A stretch of DNA of 63,720 bases, filler included, from Octopus bimaculoides (GCF_001194135.2; 6 parts of 6 records of this genome joined end to end with filler, not necessarily neighbours in it), one strand, 5' to 3'. Counted from the first letter of the whole stretch, positions 24,730 to 38,404 are shown. Notes: generated by a model from the sequence alone, not told the origin. A program made the numbers and translations.

Positions 24730-24993
24730 ATGCATGGCTCAGTGGTTAGAGCGTTTAACCTACGACCGTGAGGTTGTGAGTTCGAATCCCAGACTGGGCT
24801 GTGTGTTGAGCAAGACACTTTATTTCACGTTGCTCCAGTTCACTCAGCTGTAGAAATGAGTGGCGTGGAGAGGGGAGGCTGGTATGCATGGGTGACTGCA
24901 GGTCTTCCACAAACAGCCTTGCCCAGACTTGTGCCTCACAGGGTAACTTTCCAGGTGCAATCCCATGGTCATTTGTGACCGAAGGGGGTCTCC
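24730..24993 (+). mobile_element. tRNA-derived SINE family C
   Basis: tRNA-like head 'tggctcagtggttagagcg...gttcgaatccc', then 'ttgagcaagacactttatttcacgttgctccagttcactcagctgtagaaatgagt'. Second copy at 58688. Confidence 0.85.
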
Positions 24994-25563
24994 GCATATG
25001 TATATGTGTGTTTGTATCTTCTTGTCTTGACATCGCATATTTGTAAACTATTGTTGCCTTGTGTATATGTATGCACATGCCTAGCTTATCTTGGGTGTAT
25101 AAATAGATGCATGTATACATACATAAATATGTGCGGTTATATAGTTATGAATTCCGTTTTGCTAATAATATTAAAGCCCTAAGTTTGATCCCCACTGTTG
25201 AATTTGAGGTAAGTTTTACCATAAATCTTGGGTTGAACCTTGTCCTGCAATTAATACTGGATAGATGGAAACTGTGAGGAAGCCCATCAGATAGACTACA
25301 CCTGTGATTCTAGCTTTGTCATGCCCTGCCATGCTAGTTCTGGCTCAGGATTACAATAAAGGTACAAATGCTTGTAGAATACTCAGCCACCTCTATGGTT
25401 ATTCAATGACAAGGTAGTTGAGCCGATTGGACAATTGCTGTGTTCATTGTTGAAATCTATAGAAATCTATTTACTTCATAAGTATGTCCCTGTAGATGTT
25501 TGTGTTTGTATATACATCTGTGAGTATGTTTATATCTGAATATGTGTGTATTTGTGTGTCTGA

Positions 25564-25602
<39 letters not shown>

Positions 25603-26124
25603 GTGTGTGTGTGTATGTATATCTGTTTGTGTATATAGGTGTGTATGACTATTGTGTCTATAAGTAAATATAAAACAACCAAGACTGGGGGAGGGTATTA
25701 TAATCTGAAATATTTTACAGCTGGCAACAAGTGAGATGGGTGGTGGGCTCATTCATGTCTGTTGATCTAACCCCACTTAAATACGCCCCCCCTCCCTGCA
25801 TTCCTCCACCCATCCCCATCTGCCTATCCTTGAGTGTTATGTAGGTATTGTTGAGTGAAAAGCTTCACTACCATCACTTACATTCACAGCTGGCACTCAG
25901 CCAGTTCTTTCTTTTGTGTGTGTGTGTGTGTGTATGTGTGTGTTTTATTATTATAGTTTATAATAGTCACTTGCAAACACACTGCTGAAACAGCTGCTCC
26001 TCCCACCACCCTAACCTCTTGCTCTCTACCCTCTTTCTAATTTCCATATATATGTATAATGATATTAATAATAAAGAAAAGCATTTGAATGTGTGCTATA
26101 ATTAGTTTCATGCTTCTGAAAATA

Positions 26125-26310
26125 TAATGGTTGGACAAAATGCTTAGCAGTATTTCTTCTTGCTCTTCACATTCCTAAGTTCAAATTCCACTGAAGTCAA
26201 CTTTATCTTTTAGCCTTTCAGGGTTGATAAAATAAAGCATCGGCGGGTTGAATTGATCAGCAAACCCTTCCCCCCAAAAATTGCTGGCCTTTTGCCAAAA
26301 ATTAGAAATA
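26125..26310 (+). mobile_element. SINE family B (decayed)
   Basis: 'ggacaaaatgcttagcagtatttc...gttcaaattcc...gcctttcagggttgataaaataa'. Confidence 0.75.
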
Positions 26311-26731
26311 GGATAAAGAATTCTTCTCTAATCCCTTGGACTCATAAAGACCAGTTTCATAGTTTTGTGTACCCTTGGATGGGATGCCAGTCTGGCATAG
26401 GATTACTCAATTTTTGCCTACTGAGTAGACTAGAACAGTTTGAAATAGTGTTTTGCTCAAGAACTGAACATGTCGCTCGGTCCAGGAATTGAAACCACAA
26501 TCTTACGATCAAAGCCCTAACCTCTAGGTCACACACCTCCATAAAGAAAATTTGCAATCTTATTATTGAAAAGTGCTGTAAAATATCCACTTTCCTTTGC
26601 ATATCTGGCAAGGGTATAAATTCGTTTGAGATTCCTGTATTGTTGTTGTCATATAAATGTATAAATGGAGCAAAAATTGCTACACTTTTTCCATTAAGAG
26701 CTTGTTGAAACATCTCTTTCTTCTGTGCCTC

Positions 26732-27150
26732 TTATGGCTGGGTTCCAACTTGGGCCACAGCAACAAAGTCCACCCAGCACACTTCTTGGTCCAACATCAC
26801 TGCCTCAAAGTTCCAGATACATTCCAGACCAGTGTCTGCAATCAAGTTGTCAATAGAAGTGGGTTCTACAAGACTAGATGCTTCCAGTTCAGAGTGGCGA
26901 ATGCAGTGACCAGACAGTTGCAGTTGTCTTTGCCTGGTCTTCTTGCTAACATTTGGCAGGTCTCCATAAAGATATTTGTTTATCATATGCTACTGCCATT
27001 TCACATTCGGGACCATTCGTAGCGTCCATTTAGCCTATTTGCTAATTTCTTTGTCTCAATCTACCTCTTTCACTCCAATATAGTAGCACTGATTCAGCAG
27101 TTGCAATGAACATCTTGATTTTGGTTTGCCTGATCAATGAGGGGCAAAGT
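26732..27150 (-). mobile_element. RTE-X-like LINE ORF2 C-terminal relic
   Basis: KIKMFIATAESVLLY...NVKWQ*HMINKYLYGDLPNVSKKTRQRQLQLSGHCIRHSELEAS...IDNLIADTGL matches the post-RT region of RTE/RTE-X elements. Confidence 0.75.
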
Positions 27151-27889
27151 CAGAAAAGTCTTCTGCTTCATTATTGAAATAAATCCCCTTATATCTGCAT
27201 CTTGATTTTCCCCATCAATGAGGGCCACTTATGCTTACATGTATATGTCACAGTAGATACTCAGGCAGCGATTGATAATGGCCAGCCATATCCATGTAAA
27301 ATTTCTGAAATATCAATTGGTGTCCACCAGTTAAGGGTTAACTTACATTAATTAAAACAGATATTCTCTGTAATTAAAATACTCTAGCCTAAAAGGCTTC
27401 AACAAGATTTTCACTATCACTAGCTAGCTGTGCAATTGCTGATTTTTCTGTTTAACATCAATACTTCTAATATCTATTTTTCCCTTGTGACACTTTCTCT
27501 GCTAATGAGATTAGTAATTCACTTAACGAATTTGCCTCGTCATTTAAATAGTCTGTTCAATAGATTTACTCAAGCCTGACTATATATTAATAATTTGATG
27601 CAGCAGATTATTATTATTTTTATTATTATTATTATTATCATATTTGTTTTGTTAGAACTCTGAATTAACTTCCTCTACACATTAATAATGAATTTCTGAT
27701 GCGTTGTTTTGTTTCAGTGCTAGACAGTACTACAGAATACATGTGTGGGTGTTTATGTGTATGTGTGTGTGTGTATATATATATATATNNNNNNNNNNNN
27801 NNNNNNNNNNNNNNNNNNNNNNNNNNNNNNNNNNNNNNNNNNNNNNNNNNNNNNNNNNNNNNNNNNNNNNNNNNNNNNNNNNNNNNNNA

Positions 27890-30800
27890 CGTACGATCGA
27901 GCAAACGTACGTACGTACGAACGAAGGAACGTACGTACAAACTAACGTACGACCGTACGAACGAACGAACAAACAAATGAAAGAACGAAAGTACGAACAA
28001 ACGAACGTACGAACGAACGAAGGATCGTAATGAAGAAACGAACGAACATACGTATGAACGAACGAAAGTACGTACGAGCGAATAAATTGACGTATGTATG
28101 TACGAACGAACGATAGTACATACAAACGAACGTAATGAAGGAACGAACGAACGTACGTACGAACGAAAGATCGAGCCTACAAGCAAGCGAACGTACGTAT
28201 GAACGAATGCACGTACGAACGAACAAAAGAACGAACGTACGTACGAGCGAATGAACAATTGAACGAACGTACGTACGAACGAATAAACCTACGTATGTCC
28301 GAACGAAGGAACGTAATGAAGGAACGAAATGAAGGTACGAGCGTACGTACAAACGAATGTACGTAGGAACGAACAAAAGAACGAACGTACGTACGAATAA
28401 AATTACGTATGTACAAACGAACTTACGTACATATGAACGAACGTACGAACGAACAAACAAACGAACATACGTAGGAACGAACGTACGTACGATCGAGCAA
28501 ACGAACAAACGTACGGACGAAGGAACGTACGTACAAACTAACGAACGAAAGAATGTACGATCGTACGAACGAACAAACAAATGAAGGAATGTACGTACGT
28601 ACGAACGCACAAACGAACGAAGGAACGTAATGAAGGAACGAACGAACGAACATACGTATGAACTAATGAAGGAACGAACGAACGTATGAACAAACGTACG
28701 TACGTATGAACGAACGAACATAAGCACGAACGAACGAACATAAGCACGAACGAACGTACGTATGAAGGAACGAACGTACGTACGAACGAATACACATACG
28801 TACGAATGAACGGACAAAAGAACGAAGGAACAAACGAACGTACGTATGAATGAACGACCAATAGTACGTACGTACGAAGGAACGTAATTAAGTAACGAAC
28901 GTACGTACGTATGTACAAACAAACGAACGTACGTTCGAACAAACAAACCAAGAAACGAACGAACGACCGAACGTACGTACGAACGAGAGAGTGAACGAAC
29001 GTACGTGCGTACGTAGGACCGAACGAACGTACGTATTAACGAACGAACGAACATACGTACGAACGAACGAACAAAAGAACGAACGTACGTATGAAGGAAC
29101 GAATGAAAGTACGTACGAACAAACGAACGAAAGAACATAGGAATGAACGTACAAACGAACGACAAAAGAACGAAGGAACTAACGAACGTACGTACGACCG
29201 AACGAACGTACGAGCAAAAAAACGAACATACGTACAAACGAAAGAACGAACGAACATATGTACGTACGTTTGTTCATTCCTACGTATGTTCGTTCGTTCG
29301 CACGTAAGTTCGTTCGTTCTTACGTTCATACGTACGTACGTTCGTTCGTTCGTATGTACTATCGTTCGTTCGTACATAAGTTTATTCGTTCGTACGTACG
29401 TTCGTTCTTTTGTACGTTCGTTCGAGCGTACGTACGTTTGTTTGCTCGATTGTTCGTTCGTACTTACGTTCTTTCATTCCTTCATTACGTTCGTTCGTAC
29501 ATACGTAAGTTTATTCGTACGTACGTTCGTTCGTTCAATTGTTCATTCGTTCGTACGTACGTTCGTTCTTTCATTCGTTTGTTCGTACATTCGTTCGTAC
29601 GTACGTTCGTTCGTTTGCTCGTACGTTCGTTAGTTCCTTCGTTCTTTTTTTCCTTCGTTTGTATGTTCTTTCGTTCGTACGTACTTTCGCTCGTTTGTAC
29701 ATACGTACGTACGTTCGTTCCTTCATACGTACGTTCGTTCTTTTGTTCGTTCGTTCGTACGTACATTCGTTCGTACGTTTGTTCGTTCGTACTTACGTTC
29801 GTTCTTTCTTTCGTTCGTTCATACGTATGTTCGTTCGTTCGTTTGTTCGTACCTTCGTTCGTACGTACGTTCGTTCTTTCATTCGTTTGTTCGTTCGTAC
29901 ATACGTTCGTACGGTCGTACGTTCTTTCATTCGTTAGTTTGTACGTACATTCCTTCGTTCGTACGTCTGTACGTACGTTTGTTCGTTCGTTCGTTTGCTC
30001 GATCGTACGTATGTGCGTACGTACGTTCGTTCGTTCTTTTGTTCGTTTCTACGTACATTCGTTTGTACGTACGTACGATCGTTCGTACTTACGTTTGTTC
30101 GTACCTTCATTTCGTTCGTTTATTACGTTCCTTCGTTCGTACGTACGTACTATCGTTCGTTCGTACCTACGTTCGTTCATACGTACGTTGGTTTGTTCGT
30201 ACGTTCGATCGTTCGTTCTTTCATTCGTTTGTACGTACGTTCGTTCGTTCGTACATACGTTCCCTTGTTCGTTCGTACATACGTAAGTTTATTCGTTCGT
30301 ACGTACGTTCGTTCAATTGTTCATTCGCTCGTTCGTTCTTTCATTTGGACGGTCGATCGTTCGTTCGGTTGTACACACGTAAGTTAATTCGTTCGTACGT
30401 ACGTTCGTTCAATTGTTCATTCGCTCGTTCGTTCTTTCGTTCGTTCGTTCGGTCGTACGTTCGTTAGTTTGTACATACGTTCGTTCGTACGTACGTACAT
30501 TCGTTCGAACGAACGCACGTTTGTTCGTTCGTACGCACGTTCTTTCGTTCGTTTGTTCGATCGGACGTATGTACGTACGTTTGTTCGTTCCTATGCATGT
30601 TCGTTCGTACGTTCGTTCGCTCGTTCGTTCGTATGTACGTTCGTTCGTTCTTACGTTCATACGTACTTACGTACGTTCGTTTGTACGTGCATTCGTTCGT
30701 TCCTTCGTACATTACGTTCGTTCGTATGTACTATCGTTCGTTCGTACATACGTAAGTTTATTCGTTCGTATGTTCGTTCGTTCGTGCGTACGTACGTTTG

Positions 30801-30930
30801 TTCGCTCGATTGTTCGTTCGTACTTACGTTTTTTCGTTCCTTCTTTACGTTCGTTCGTACGTACGTACTATCGTTCGTTCGTACATACGTAAGTTTATTC
30901 GTACGTATGTTCGTTCGTACCTACGTTCGT
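27890..30930. repeat. CpG-dense (ACGA/ACGT)n compound satellite with a polarity switch at about 29258
   Basis: Left part is AACG/TACG-rich and right part is CGTT/CGTA-rich. Higher-order motifs recur in inverted form (cgatagtac/gtactatcg, cgtaatgaagg/ccttcattacg, gatcgagc/gctcgatc). Both ends are at gaps. Confidence 0.95.
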
Positions 30931-31030
30931 NNNNNNNNNNNNNNNNNNNNNNNNNNNNNNNNNNNNNNNNNNNNTTAATTAATTAANNNNNNNNNNNNNN
31001 NNNNNNNNNNNNNNNNNNNNNNNNNNNNNN
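30931..31030. other. Artificial assembly spacer N44-TTAATTAATTAA-N44
   Basis: Linker at 30975-30986. Confidence 0.95.
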
Positions 31031-31728
31031 ATAAATTATCGCCATTTTATATTTCTTATTTCGCGCATTCGCGTTGTTTGAAATTCCATTTTGTTGACTA
31101 CAGAGTATAGCAGGGTCCGTTGGGCACCATCTGTTGAGAAAACAGCACCATGACGCCATTCACTTTGCCAGAAATTTGGAAACGGCATACTGTGCTGCTT
31201 AGCATTCGCGCCGGAAGCTCCAATAGGAACCATTCAGAGTCTTTGGGTGTCAATCTGGGGACAGGGCAGTCTGAAGATATGTACCGAGAGTGATAGAAAT
31301 CAAACATCCAGTCATCATCATGATGTTTGGAGTGATCACTAGTGATGGCGACGTTATGCCTCCATTCATCTTCCCACACGGCCTCAGACTCTACACGGAG
31401 GCCTACATCAAGAGCCTAGAGGAGGTAGTGCTGTCCTGGGTCAAGAGGGTAGCTGCTGGAAGACCCTGTGTCTAGCAATAGGACTCTGAACCATGTCATA
31501 CAAGCAGGAGAACCCAAACATAACCGTTAGAAGATTTCTGCGACCACATCTCCCCTAACATCTAGTCATCTAACTCCCCAGAGTGTAACCCCTTGATTAT
31601 TATGTGTTTGTGTGTGTGTGTGTGTGTGGGGGGGGTGCAAATGAACAAGAGACCGAAGATGAGCTGAAGGCAGGGATTATGTCAGCATTCACCAACTCAA
31701 ACAAGGAAACCGTCCTGAAGAATTGCAA
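31031..31728 (+). mobile_element. Tc1/mariner-superfamily transposon relic, DD37D (maT)-like
   Basis: KHPVIIMMFGVITSDGDVMPPFIFP...V*Q*DSEPCHTS...SNSPECNP(L)DYYV...EDELKAGI. There are 37 residues between the second and third D once a 1-nt deletion is restored. Multiple stops. Confidence 0.85.
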
Positions 31729-32328
31729 NNNNNNNNNNNNNNNNNNNNNNNNNNNNNNNNNNNNNNNNNNNNNNNNNNNNNNNNNNNNNNNNNNNNNNNN
31801 NNNNNNNNNNNNNNNNNNNNNNNNNNNNNNNNNNNNNNNNNNNNNNNNNNNNNNNNNNNNNNNNNNNNNNNNNNNNNNNNNNNNNNNNNNNNNNNNNNNN
31901 NNNNNNNNNNNNNNNNNNNNNNNNNNNNNNNNNNNNNNNNNNNNNNNNNNNNNNNNNNNNNNNNNNNNNNNNNNNNNNNNNNNNNNNNNNNNNNNNNNNN
32001 NNNNNNNNNNNNNNNNNNNNNNNNNNNNNNNNNNNNNNNNNNNNNNNNNNNNNNNNNNNNNNNNNNNNNNNNNNNNNNNNNNNNNNNNNNNNNNNNNNNN
32101 NNNNNNNNNNNNNNNNNNNNNNNNNNNNNNNNNNNNNNNNNNNNNNNNNNNNNNNNNNNNNNNNNNNNNNNNNNNNNNNNNNNNNNNNNNNNNNNNNNNN
32201 NNNNNNNNNNNNNNNNNNNNNNNNNNNNNNNNNNNNNNNNNNNNNNNNNNNNNNNNNNNNNNNNNNNNNNNNNNNNNNNNNNNNNNNNNNNNNNNNNNNN
32301 NNNNNNNNNNNNNNNNNNNNNNNNNNNN

Positions 32329-32383
<55 letters not shown>

Positions 32384-32429
32384 TATATATATATATATGA
32401 GGAAACCTTTCTACTTTTATAGAGAACGT

Positions 32430-32740
32430 GATTGCTGCCGAGTGTCAAATTGGCGGAACTCGAGGCTATCTAGCGCCACTACACAAAGAACTGTTGAACA
32501 TTCTGCCAAGGTACGTAAAAGAATTGCAAGGCATAGATGTAGAAATATTCAAAAAGCGACTGGACACATTTTTATCTGAAATCGCAGATAAGACCACATC
32601 ACAGAAGGGGGCAGAAAGAAGAGCAGCTTCGTCCAGCTCGCTTCTTCACCAAAAACTACCGAAGGGCGACATCAAACAAAGAAAAGTGGTGCTCCAGTAC
32701 GGCCGCAACTTCTGGCTTAAATCAGTAAATGAAAAAAATA
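32430..32740 (+). mobile_element. CR1/L2-group LINE 3' end
   Basis: LLNILPRYVKELQGIDVEIFKKRLDTFLSEIADK...RAASSSSLLHQ matches the LFN.LP...FK..LD.FL...RAA.SNSLLHQ C-terminus, followed by the tail 'gtggtgctccagtacggccgcaac...cagtaaatgaaaaaa'. Confidence 0.75.
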
Positions 32741-33220
32741 ATACACACACATATTCTTTTATTATGCATACATACAGGCATATATATATATATTTATACA
32801 CAAGCACAGATTAATATACATGTATGTATGTATATACATATATGGATGTATGTATATGTATATATAACATTTGTCAACAAGATTATGTGGAGCAATTTAC
32901 CTTATGTAGAATATGAGGTGTGTGAATGTAAAGTCGCATGCATGTGATATATTTATGGAATATGTTATGTATAGGATGAGAGTTCGCTGTACAGTTGGAA
33001 GAACGTGACTGTGCTGTTCATACCAAAGGTGGTGGAGGAGGAGGAGGAGGAGGAGGAGGAGGAGGAGNNNNNNNNNNNNNNNNNNNNNNNNNNNNNNNNN
33101 NNNNNNNNNNNNNNNNNNNNNNNNNNNNNNNNNNNNNNNNNNNNNAGAAGAAGAAGAAGAAGAAGAACAAGAGAGGGGAATGCAGGAGGATGAGGAGAAG
33201 TTGGTGGAGGCGGCGGAAGT

Positions 33221-33360
33221 GTATCTAAGGTGAAAAACGTGGTATCTAAGAGTATCTAAGGTGAAAAACGTGGTATCTAAGAGTATCTAAGGTGAAAAAC
33301 GTGGTATCTAAGAGTATCTAAGGTGAAAAATGTGGTATCTAAGAGTATCTAAGGTGAAAG
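33221..33360. repeat. 31-bp tandem repeat, ~4.5 copies
   Basis: Unit 'ggtatctaagagtatctaaggtgaaaaacgt', near-perfect, no spacers. Confidence 0.95.
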
Positions 33361-33675
33361 ACTAGTGCTCCATGGTTTAGAAAGACTGAGAAACGTGAAA
33401 TTGTGTAGGCGGGTGAATTGAAGTGACGAGAACAAAGCGATGTCGTGGTATTTAAACGTATGACTGGTTATATGGTCCTTGGATCGATTCGCTAGCCGGC
33501 GAGCCGTCTCCCTAGTATCCACATAAAAAGATATCTAATACAATACGTTACACTTTTGTTGTGTACTGTGGGTAAAATGGTCAGCGGTGTAAAGGTGATA
33601 CTGGCTGGCCCCATGAAGGGTAGTATTATCGTGTATGGACAATAATGTACATAGCTCCATGCGTGTGTGTATGCT

Positions 33676-33719
<44 letters not shown>

Positions 33720-33877
33720 TGTGTGTGTGTGTGTATGTACATTTAAGCACATTTATGTATGTAAATGATTCTGTTTAAAAAATCGGCTACATACAATTAT
33801 TAATTCCACCATTTTGTCTGAGTTCGATCATCGTAAAATTAATAGTATAAGTTAATCACACACGCACGCACACACAA

Positions 33878-33910
<33 letters not shown>

Positions 33911-34254
33911 GAGGCACAGACACACACACACACATTCTTAGATTCACTTTCACTTTCGCTTTACAATAAATTTAAAACTTGTCAAAATCATTTTGTCATA
34001 CACCAACGACCTGATCATTAACATTAATTTACTTGAATGACTAGGTCATAGATGACAATGAAATATCTTGAAGTTATCTGACAAAATATTATAGCAGCAA
34101 CAAAAACGCACATAATAACTGATGAATTTAAAAACAATGCCTTCTAGGACTTACACGACACAAATGTTTCATTAGCCAGACATAATCTTGGGTGAAGTCA
34201 CTCGCTGAGAAGTTACAACGGTAGAAACTTTTATTTCTGTATAATTGTTTACTT

Positions 34255-34460
34255 TTTTAAACTTTTTTACTTGTTTCAGTCATCTGACTACGGCCATGCT
34301 GAAGCACCACCTTTAGTCGAACAAATCGACCTCGGGACTTGTTCTTTGTAAGTTTAGAACTTATTCTATCGTTCTCTTTTGCCGAACCGCTAGTTACGGG
34401 GACATAAACGCACCAATGTCGACTGTGAAGCGATGGTGGGGGACAAACACTGACATACAA

Positions 34461-34544
<84 letters not shown>

Positions 34545-34698
34545 GATGGGCTTCTTTCAGTTTCCATCTACCAAATCCACTCACAAGGCTTTGGTCGGCT
34601 CGAGGCTATAATAGAAGACACTTGCCTAAGGTGCTACACAGTGAGACTGAATCCGGAACCATGTGGTTAGGAAGCAAGCTTCTTACCACACAGCCGCA
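34255..34698 (-). mobile_element. SINE family A
   Basis: Reverse complement of the family A consensus with internal (CA)n(TA)n. Confidence 0.88.
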
Positions 34699-35189
34699 CT
34701 TTTTGGGCTAATGATATTCCAAGCCCCTATTTTTTTTAACAAATACTCAGATTCGTTTCTTTTCTTAGTCAGCTTGAACACATTTCAAGACAACTACTTA
34801 AAAGGGTGTTTTAGTTTTCAGGTGAGAATCAAAGCTATGATATATTGTTCCATATAACTTTCTTAATATTTGTCATTAGACATAATATTGAGGCGAAATG
34901 TGCGAATGAGCAGGTTTATTCGTTTGGTGTTGCTCATCGAAATATGCGTATTATTATTTAATTATATATATATGTGTGCGTGTGTGTGTGTGTGTGTGTG
35001 TGAAAACGTGTGTACCTGTTTGTATGTATGCATGTATGCATATATTATTATATAGACGACAAGAGGAAACGAAGTGTTGAACAGTCTCCGGACAAACCAG
35101 ATTGAATATTATCAATCGATATTTAATATCGCTGTGGATGCGATCTTTATGATGTCAGTTTAAAATCATTTGAACACATGTACATATAC

Positions 35190-35266
<77 letters not shown>

Positions 35267-35432
35267 TATAGTGGTTTAAATAGACTTGCAGATTTTGTGA
35301 TACGCTATGATAAATCGCTCTTTCTCTCCGTCTGTCACTTTGTTGGTTTGCTCCCTCCTTTGTGTGTGTATGTTTGTTTGTGTGTGAGTACGCGCGTGCA
35401 ACTATATTTCGATCTATCCATCCATTCATACG

Positions 35433-35475
<43 letters not shown>

Positions 35476-35519
35476 GTATATATGTGTGTGTGTGCATGTT
35501 TGTGTGTATGCTCTGTATA

Positions 35520-35582
<63 letters not shown>

Positions 35583-37781
35583 TACGAAACATAAATATTT
35601 GAATATATATGTACCTATTTATGTATGTTAATTTACACACATGGATATATCTCAATATATATACAAATATGTAGATACGTACGTGCGTATGTGTGTATGT
35701 ATGTGTGTGCGTGTCATGGATATAAACATATATGCATATATACACATGCATGTACATATGTGTATGCATATATATATTCATCCATATGCACACAATGTTT
35801 ATATGTTTCTATGTGTGTGCGTATTTTGTGAGTGTGTGTGTACGTGTGTATATGCTCAGATAAAGATTTAATTATACTGGGGCCAGTGTGTATTCCTAGA
35901 CAATAAAGAAACCAAAAATCTCTCGATACTTCTATTGTCTATGTTATGTTTACAACTTGTCCATAATATCGAACGCCTTGTAGACTTATATTTATGTATC
36001 GTATAATATTAACATTAATTGTGCTATGAGACCGAATTAGAATATTCATCATATCCTATCCCAGGACGAAGAGTATTCAAAAATTATTTGCCAATGCGTT
36101 TATGTTATTTTACAAGAATATGCATAATTTTTCTTTACGTGTGTACATTTTTCGATTAAGCATATTCTTCTTGCCTTTGATTTATCAAGCAATCGACTAT
36201 TCATTTCACACAAACCATGTTTTAAAATGTTGTGCTGACTCTAATGCTGCATATAGTGCAAAGTCTGTTTCCCCACATTTCCCTGAAGAGGTACGTCAAC
36301 GAAACATTGTGTCCCATATCTAGAGATTTTATTAGATCTTTTGTTTGACTAGTAATATGAAGTGAGCTATTTTTCCCACTCTCTAAAAATTTTCTCTCTA
36401 CTGATTTCCACGGAGACGCTTACAGCAGCACGTTGTCCAATGGCTAGAGTGATACTAACTCATCTCACTACCTCTTCTACTGATTGTATATTAGCTCCGG
36501 ATCCTCTGAGTTGTTTAGCCTCTTGTTTCTTTCCGTCATCCGTATTATGCCCAGCACCCAGGTTTCATGCTAACTACTATATCCATCTCGTTTTACAAAA
36601 TGTTGACACACACTCTCAGAAATAGCTCCTTGCCCATATTTTCCTCCAACTGTTGACTTGTAGCTGTTCAAAATAAACTTTAACTGTATCGGTACCGCAG
36701 GTCTTGGAGACCCTGAAAAAGCGATTTCCATATCCCTTTTGTCCTGATTAAACACAATATGAATAAATAAAGTAATCACTTATTCTGCCTTGAAGGATTT
36801 AGCAAAAAATGTTCAACTCATCCCTTATTTTAAGTTTGGTACATATTCTATTACGCCTTTATGCGAATCGTTGGTCTACGAGTTCGTAAACAGACCAACA
36901 CCGGTTATCAAATGGTGGGTACAAACACAAAAACAAGACATGCACATAGAAATATATCTTTACACATATGTGTATATACACGCACATATGTGTGTATACA
37001 CGCACATATATGCGTACATATAGAAGAGGAATACAGAAAATGTAAGCGGTTTACTGCTTTATATAATGTATACGTGTTCCATGAAACAAGCAGATAACAA
37101 TTGCGTGAGAATAAAACCAAGTTTCGTACACAAATGCACCTCGTGCCATTCAGTGGCATTTCCCGGCCAAAATATCACACAGAGAAAAACGGGGGTCTTT
37201 ATATGCACCAATATGCAAATTAGAACAGTATGATTAATATAGGAAAATAAACGAGAAAGAGAATAGTGTGTAACAGAGCATGAAAGAGGAGTATGATGGG
37301 GTAGAAGGGAGGGCTGCGCCTCACACTAAGTATATAATATCCAAGTAACTATAATATATGTATTTTTGTTGATTAATGGTAATGTTAAGGGGTAGCAGCA
37401 TTTGTTCAGGTGACTGAGTTTTATAGCTACATAATTGATGTCTGTCAGTGTCACGAAACAAGTGTATATTATATAAAGCCTTAATAACGATAGCGTCATG
37501 TGTTCCTTTCCTATACATAGCACTCAGTTACAAGGAGATTACAAGGAGATAGACGTTGAGTGGAGAACTGATCTAATTCTTCCAATACTGTTTGGTAATA
37601 TTACGCTTTTCAGTATATATTTCATTTGTCTTGCCCGTTCATGTACTGGTGTACGCTGATTTTGCCTAGAAAACATTCTTTTCTTTTGTGGTTTGACCGT
37701 AGATGGTCTATTTCTAGCGTAATGGATGTCCACTTAGTGGTCATCCCTTCTCATATAGATATATATATATATATATATATA

Positions 37782-37881
37782 NNNNNNNNNNNNNNNNNNN
37801 NNNNNNNNNNNNNNNNNNNNNNNNNTTAATTAATTAANNNNNNNNNNNNNNNNNNNNNNNNNNNNNNNNNNNNNNNNNNNN
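37782..37881. other. Artificial assembly spacer N44-TTAATTAATTAA-N44
   Basis: Linker at 37826-37837. Confidence 0.95.
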
Positions 37882-38372
37882 TATATATATAATTTAATAT
37901 ACACGGTATATGGTTATCAGCTACTAATAGTTTCATTCATTGGAGATGTTATCTAGGCAGGTTTTAATAACATGCATAGTGTCTCTAAGATATCTTCAGC
38001 CTGAGCTTACACGGCCTATACAAGTTACAAATCAAGGCAAGAGAAATTACGAGAACAAAAAAAAGAAAAATAACAGGAGAGAGGTATATGAAAATATTGG
38101 AAGGGTGGAAAAAGAAAAAGAAAAGAAAAAGAAAGGAAAAAGTGAATTAGAGTTATGTCCCCTTTGACACTTTGAATCTTATTTTATTTATTCCCCTGAC
38201 TTCTTTTCTCTTGTCTTTTTTTTTTATTTCACCGAATGTGTATCTGTGTATGTATTCCTCTCTTATTTCGTTAAATTTCACTCGTTCATTTTGCTCTATG
38301 TCCATCTTCTCTTAATATGTATGTGCATGTGTATATATATGACGTATAAATATATGTGCGCGTGTGTGCGTG

Positions 38373-38404
<32 letters not shown>

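Noticed and set aside
24730-24795. tRNA-like sequence with A and B boxes
   Set aside because: No acceptor-stem closure; continues into a SINE body that is repeated at 58688.
27942-30286. 431-aa and 342-aa 'FVRSYVR' ORFs
   Set aside because: By-product of the tetranucleotide satellite lacking stop codons.
33221-33360. CRISPR-like regular repeats (also 6413-6525 and 39165-39220)
   Set aside because: Contiguous tandem units with no unique spacers, no cas genes, eukaryotic context.
36283-36313. Hammerhead-like CTGAAGA...GAAAC...GTC
   Set aside because: Core order is correct but the stem I flanks are not complementary and stem II is weak; at best a heavily decayed relic.
36360-36730. Unique-looking stretch with partial open frames
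   Set aside because: Multiple stops on both strands and no motif I can name; possibly an old TE relic.
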